Of a stretch of DNA of 64,000 bases, positions 62,102-64,000 are shown piece after piece. The position numbers and the translations under genes were made by a program. The stretch's first letter is position 1; each line of letters begins with the position of its first letter. A model generated the notes under the pieces. The model worked only from the letters and a program-made list of their open reading frames with translations. It had not been told where the DNA came from and made no database searches. This DNA is from Porphyridium purpureum (Eukaryota). The stretch spans positions 1-64,000 of the forward strand of contig VRMN01000011.1 of assembly GCA_008690995.1 (NCBI GenBank), given 5' to 3'.

Positions 62102-62532
62102 GTCCACCCGGCCCACAAGGCAACCGAGCCATGTGAACTGGCTGCTTCGCTGACCTCATCGCCGCAACACACGCACCCCCACACCGAATGGACTCGCTCC
62201 GAACCCCCCCTCCGCAAGTCGCTCTGCAGTTGGCGTCCGAGTAAAGTACAGTCGATCACTGTACTCAATGCATCCGGTGGTTGAGGTACAGTGCCGACCC
62301 GATCAAGTATCCAAAACTGGCACGAGTTCATAAGAAAACGGCATCGGCGCGTGATTTTTGGCGCGCGCGCGAGCGGTTAAACCAAGAAAAGCGAAAACGC
62401 AGAAGAGAAAAGGTTAGAACTAGCGCTGAAAGATCAAGAGAAAGCTGCGGGGGTTTGAGGGGAGGGAGAAGAGGAAGAGTGGGTCGCGGTAGAGGAACGG
62501 GAGGGGGAGGAGAAGAACGGTGGAGGGAGACG

Positions 62533-63180
62533 ATGTCAGAGGCGCAGCAGAAGGCGACTAACGTGCATTGGCACGAGGGCGCGATCACGCGCGAGGACCG
62601 GCATGCGCTGCTCGGGCAGAAGGGATGCACCGTGTGGCTCACGGGGCTGAGCGGATCGGGCAAGTCGACCATCACCGTCGAGTTGGAGAAGGTGCTCGTC
62701 ATGAATAGCCGCGTGTGCTACCGTCTTGACGGCGACAATATCCGCATGGGCCTCAATAAGAATCTGGGCTTTTCTGCGGACGACCGCGTCGAAAACATCC
62801 GCAGGATCGGAGAGGTCGCAAAGCTGTTTGGCGATCTGGGCGTGATTACAACCACGGCGTTCATCTCTCCGTACGCCGCAGATCGAGAGATCTGCCGAAA
62901 GCTGCACGAGGACGCAAAGATTCCCTTCTTTGAGGTTCTCGTCGACTGCCCCCTCTCGGTGGCAGAAAGCCGCGATCCAAAGGGGCTGTACAAGAAGGCG
63001 CGCGCTGGTCTGATCAAGAACTTCACTGGGATCGACGACCCGTATGAGGCTCCGGCCGAGCCAGATGTTACAGTCGATACGTCCAAGCTGTCGGTGGAGG
63101 AGTGCGTGGGCGAGATCATCTCGTTCTTGCAGAGCCGGGACATTTTGCCAAAGGATATTGATCTCAAGAAGAAGCCCTAA
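62533..63180 (+). CDS. cysC: Adenylyl-sulfate (APS) kinase, no transit peptide
   Basis: TVWLTGLSGSGKST, LDGDNIRMGLNKNLGFS, ENIRRIGEVAKLF, RDPKGLYKKARAG, FTGIDDPYEAP. Confidence 0.97.
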   Translation: MSEAQQKATNVHWHEGAITREDRHALLGQKGCTVWLTGLSGSGKSTITVELEKVLVMNSRVCYRLDGDNIRMGLNKNLGFSADDRVENIRRIGEVAKLFGDLGVITTTAFISPYAADREICRKLHEDAKIPFFEVLVDCPLSVAESRDPKGLYKKARAGLIKNFTGIDDPYEAPAEPDVTVDTSKLSVEECVGEIISFLQSRDILPKDIDLKKKP

Positions 63181-63450
63181 GAGAAAAGGTTGTACCAGAC
63201 CCGAATTTTTGCATGTCGTCGAGCATGTGATGAATCCTTGAATTTGCTCCTTGCTTCTGTCGTAGGATTCGGTACAAGAAGAGCGCGCAGTGCGGGGCTC
63301 GCGCGCTATGCGGCTCGCGTTCGTTGGCTGTATAACGCCAGTGCTCATAGCACATGGAAAAACATTCTGATAGATTTTATTGATCTGTGGTCTTGGTTTC
63401 TCGTCCGCAGTGTATACGAAAAAGAAAATAGGAAAACCCCGCAGTTTTCG

Positions 63451-63999
63451 TCACCCTGTCTGTTTCTTGATCACGCTGCCTTCCTCGGTAGCAATGGGAT
63501 CTGACCATTCTGTCAGTCCCAGCAGCCGCCGTCCGAGGCAGCTCGGTGTGTATCGGTCGCCAAACCAGTCCTGATTGTGCAGCCGCGGGTCCTGTACAGA
63601 AAGGATGGGTTGGAACTCTCTGGGGTCGTCGACTGGGATCATTTTGATATAGAACACCATACGCCACTGATGGCCAGAGTTGGGAAAATTTCCATGTGGC
63701 AACTGGCTGTTCCACACCAACAGCGAGCCAGCTCGCATGGGCACGCGCATCACCCTGCTCCGCATGGGATCATCATCTGGCACTTCAACAAAATTGCGGT
63801 TGTGCACACCGTCTTGCTTCCCGTAAGAGTGCATGTGCTCCTCGCGCCACTTTTCAAATGGCGCACCATGAAAGCGTGGCACACAGTGAAACCCGCCGGA
63901 CTCTTCAGGACAGTCGGTCAGTGTAATGAGCCCTTGGACTCGAAGAGACCCGTACGCGGAGGCCAACTGCTCCTCCGAAAAGTTCTCCGCGCGTGCAAA
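63451..63999 (-). CDS. Phytanoyl-CoA dioxygenase (PhyH)-like Fe(II)/2OG protein, 3' part; continues beyond the window
   Basis: VQGLITLTD...GGFHCVP.FH, PMRAGSLLVWNSQLPHGNFPN, R...YIKM; frame open to the window edge. Confidence 0.8.
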   Translation of the reverse strand, partial: FARAENFSEEQLASAYGSLRVQGLITLTDCPEESGGFHCVPRFHGAPFEKWREEHMHSYGKQDGVHNRNFVEVPDDDPMRSRVMRVPMRAGSLLVWNSQLPHGNFPNSGHQWRMVFYIKMIPVDDPREFQPILSVQDPRLHNQDWFGDRYTPSCLGRRLLGLTEWSDPIATEEGSVIKKQTG

Positions 64000-64000
64000 G

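Noticed and set aside
60533..63180. SPS next to APS kinase as a selenium/sulfur gene cluster
   Set aside because: A 630-bp gap with its own upstream motifs, unrelated neighbours, and no evidence beyond adjacency
1..64000. CRISPR arrays, rRNA, tRNA, prokaryotic operons or defence systems
   Set aside because: None seen; the content is eukaryotic nuclear with spliceosomal introns. Small RNA genes could be missed by eye

Overview
Gene-dense, intron-poor, GC-rich eukaryotic nuclear DNA, most consistent with a unicellular red alga (Porphyridium-like). This is inferred from MAF-type plastid transit peptides, the gene set and the compaction, and is not verified. The window holds about 33 protein genes, including DHCR24, an OPR protein, a sulfotransferase, bL35m, a Nup188-like protein, CtIP, Tudor-SN, RBX1, LIG1, NDK, PI4K, SPCS2, CIA2, PDRG1, COX5B, a YABBY/HMG microprotein, LPAAT, Tup1, selenophosphate synthetase and APS kinase. 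It also holds one intact, very young 5.8-kb Ty1/copia LTR retrotransposon (19280-25076, ACGCA target-site duplication, LTRs differing at 1 of 307 nt). Highlights: (1) the element has no tRNA-type primer-binding site; the 12 nt after the 5' LTR are complementary (11/12) to a segment of its own LTR, suggesting Tf1-like self-priming in a copia element. (2) Its gag and pol are in frame, separated by one UGA in a UGA-CGG context followed by a GC-rich hairpin, a candidate programmed readthrough signal. (3) The selenophosphate synthetase has an in-frame UGA at the selenocysteine position that the ORF track splits. (4) Two divergent gene pairs have predicted start codons overlapping on one CATG palindrome. 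(5) An ACTGTAC motif recurs upstream of genes. All calls come from motif recognition by eye; no searches were run.
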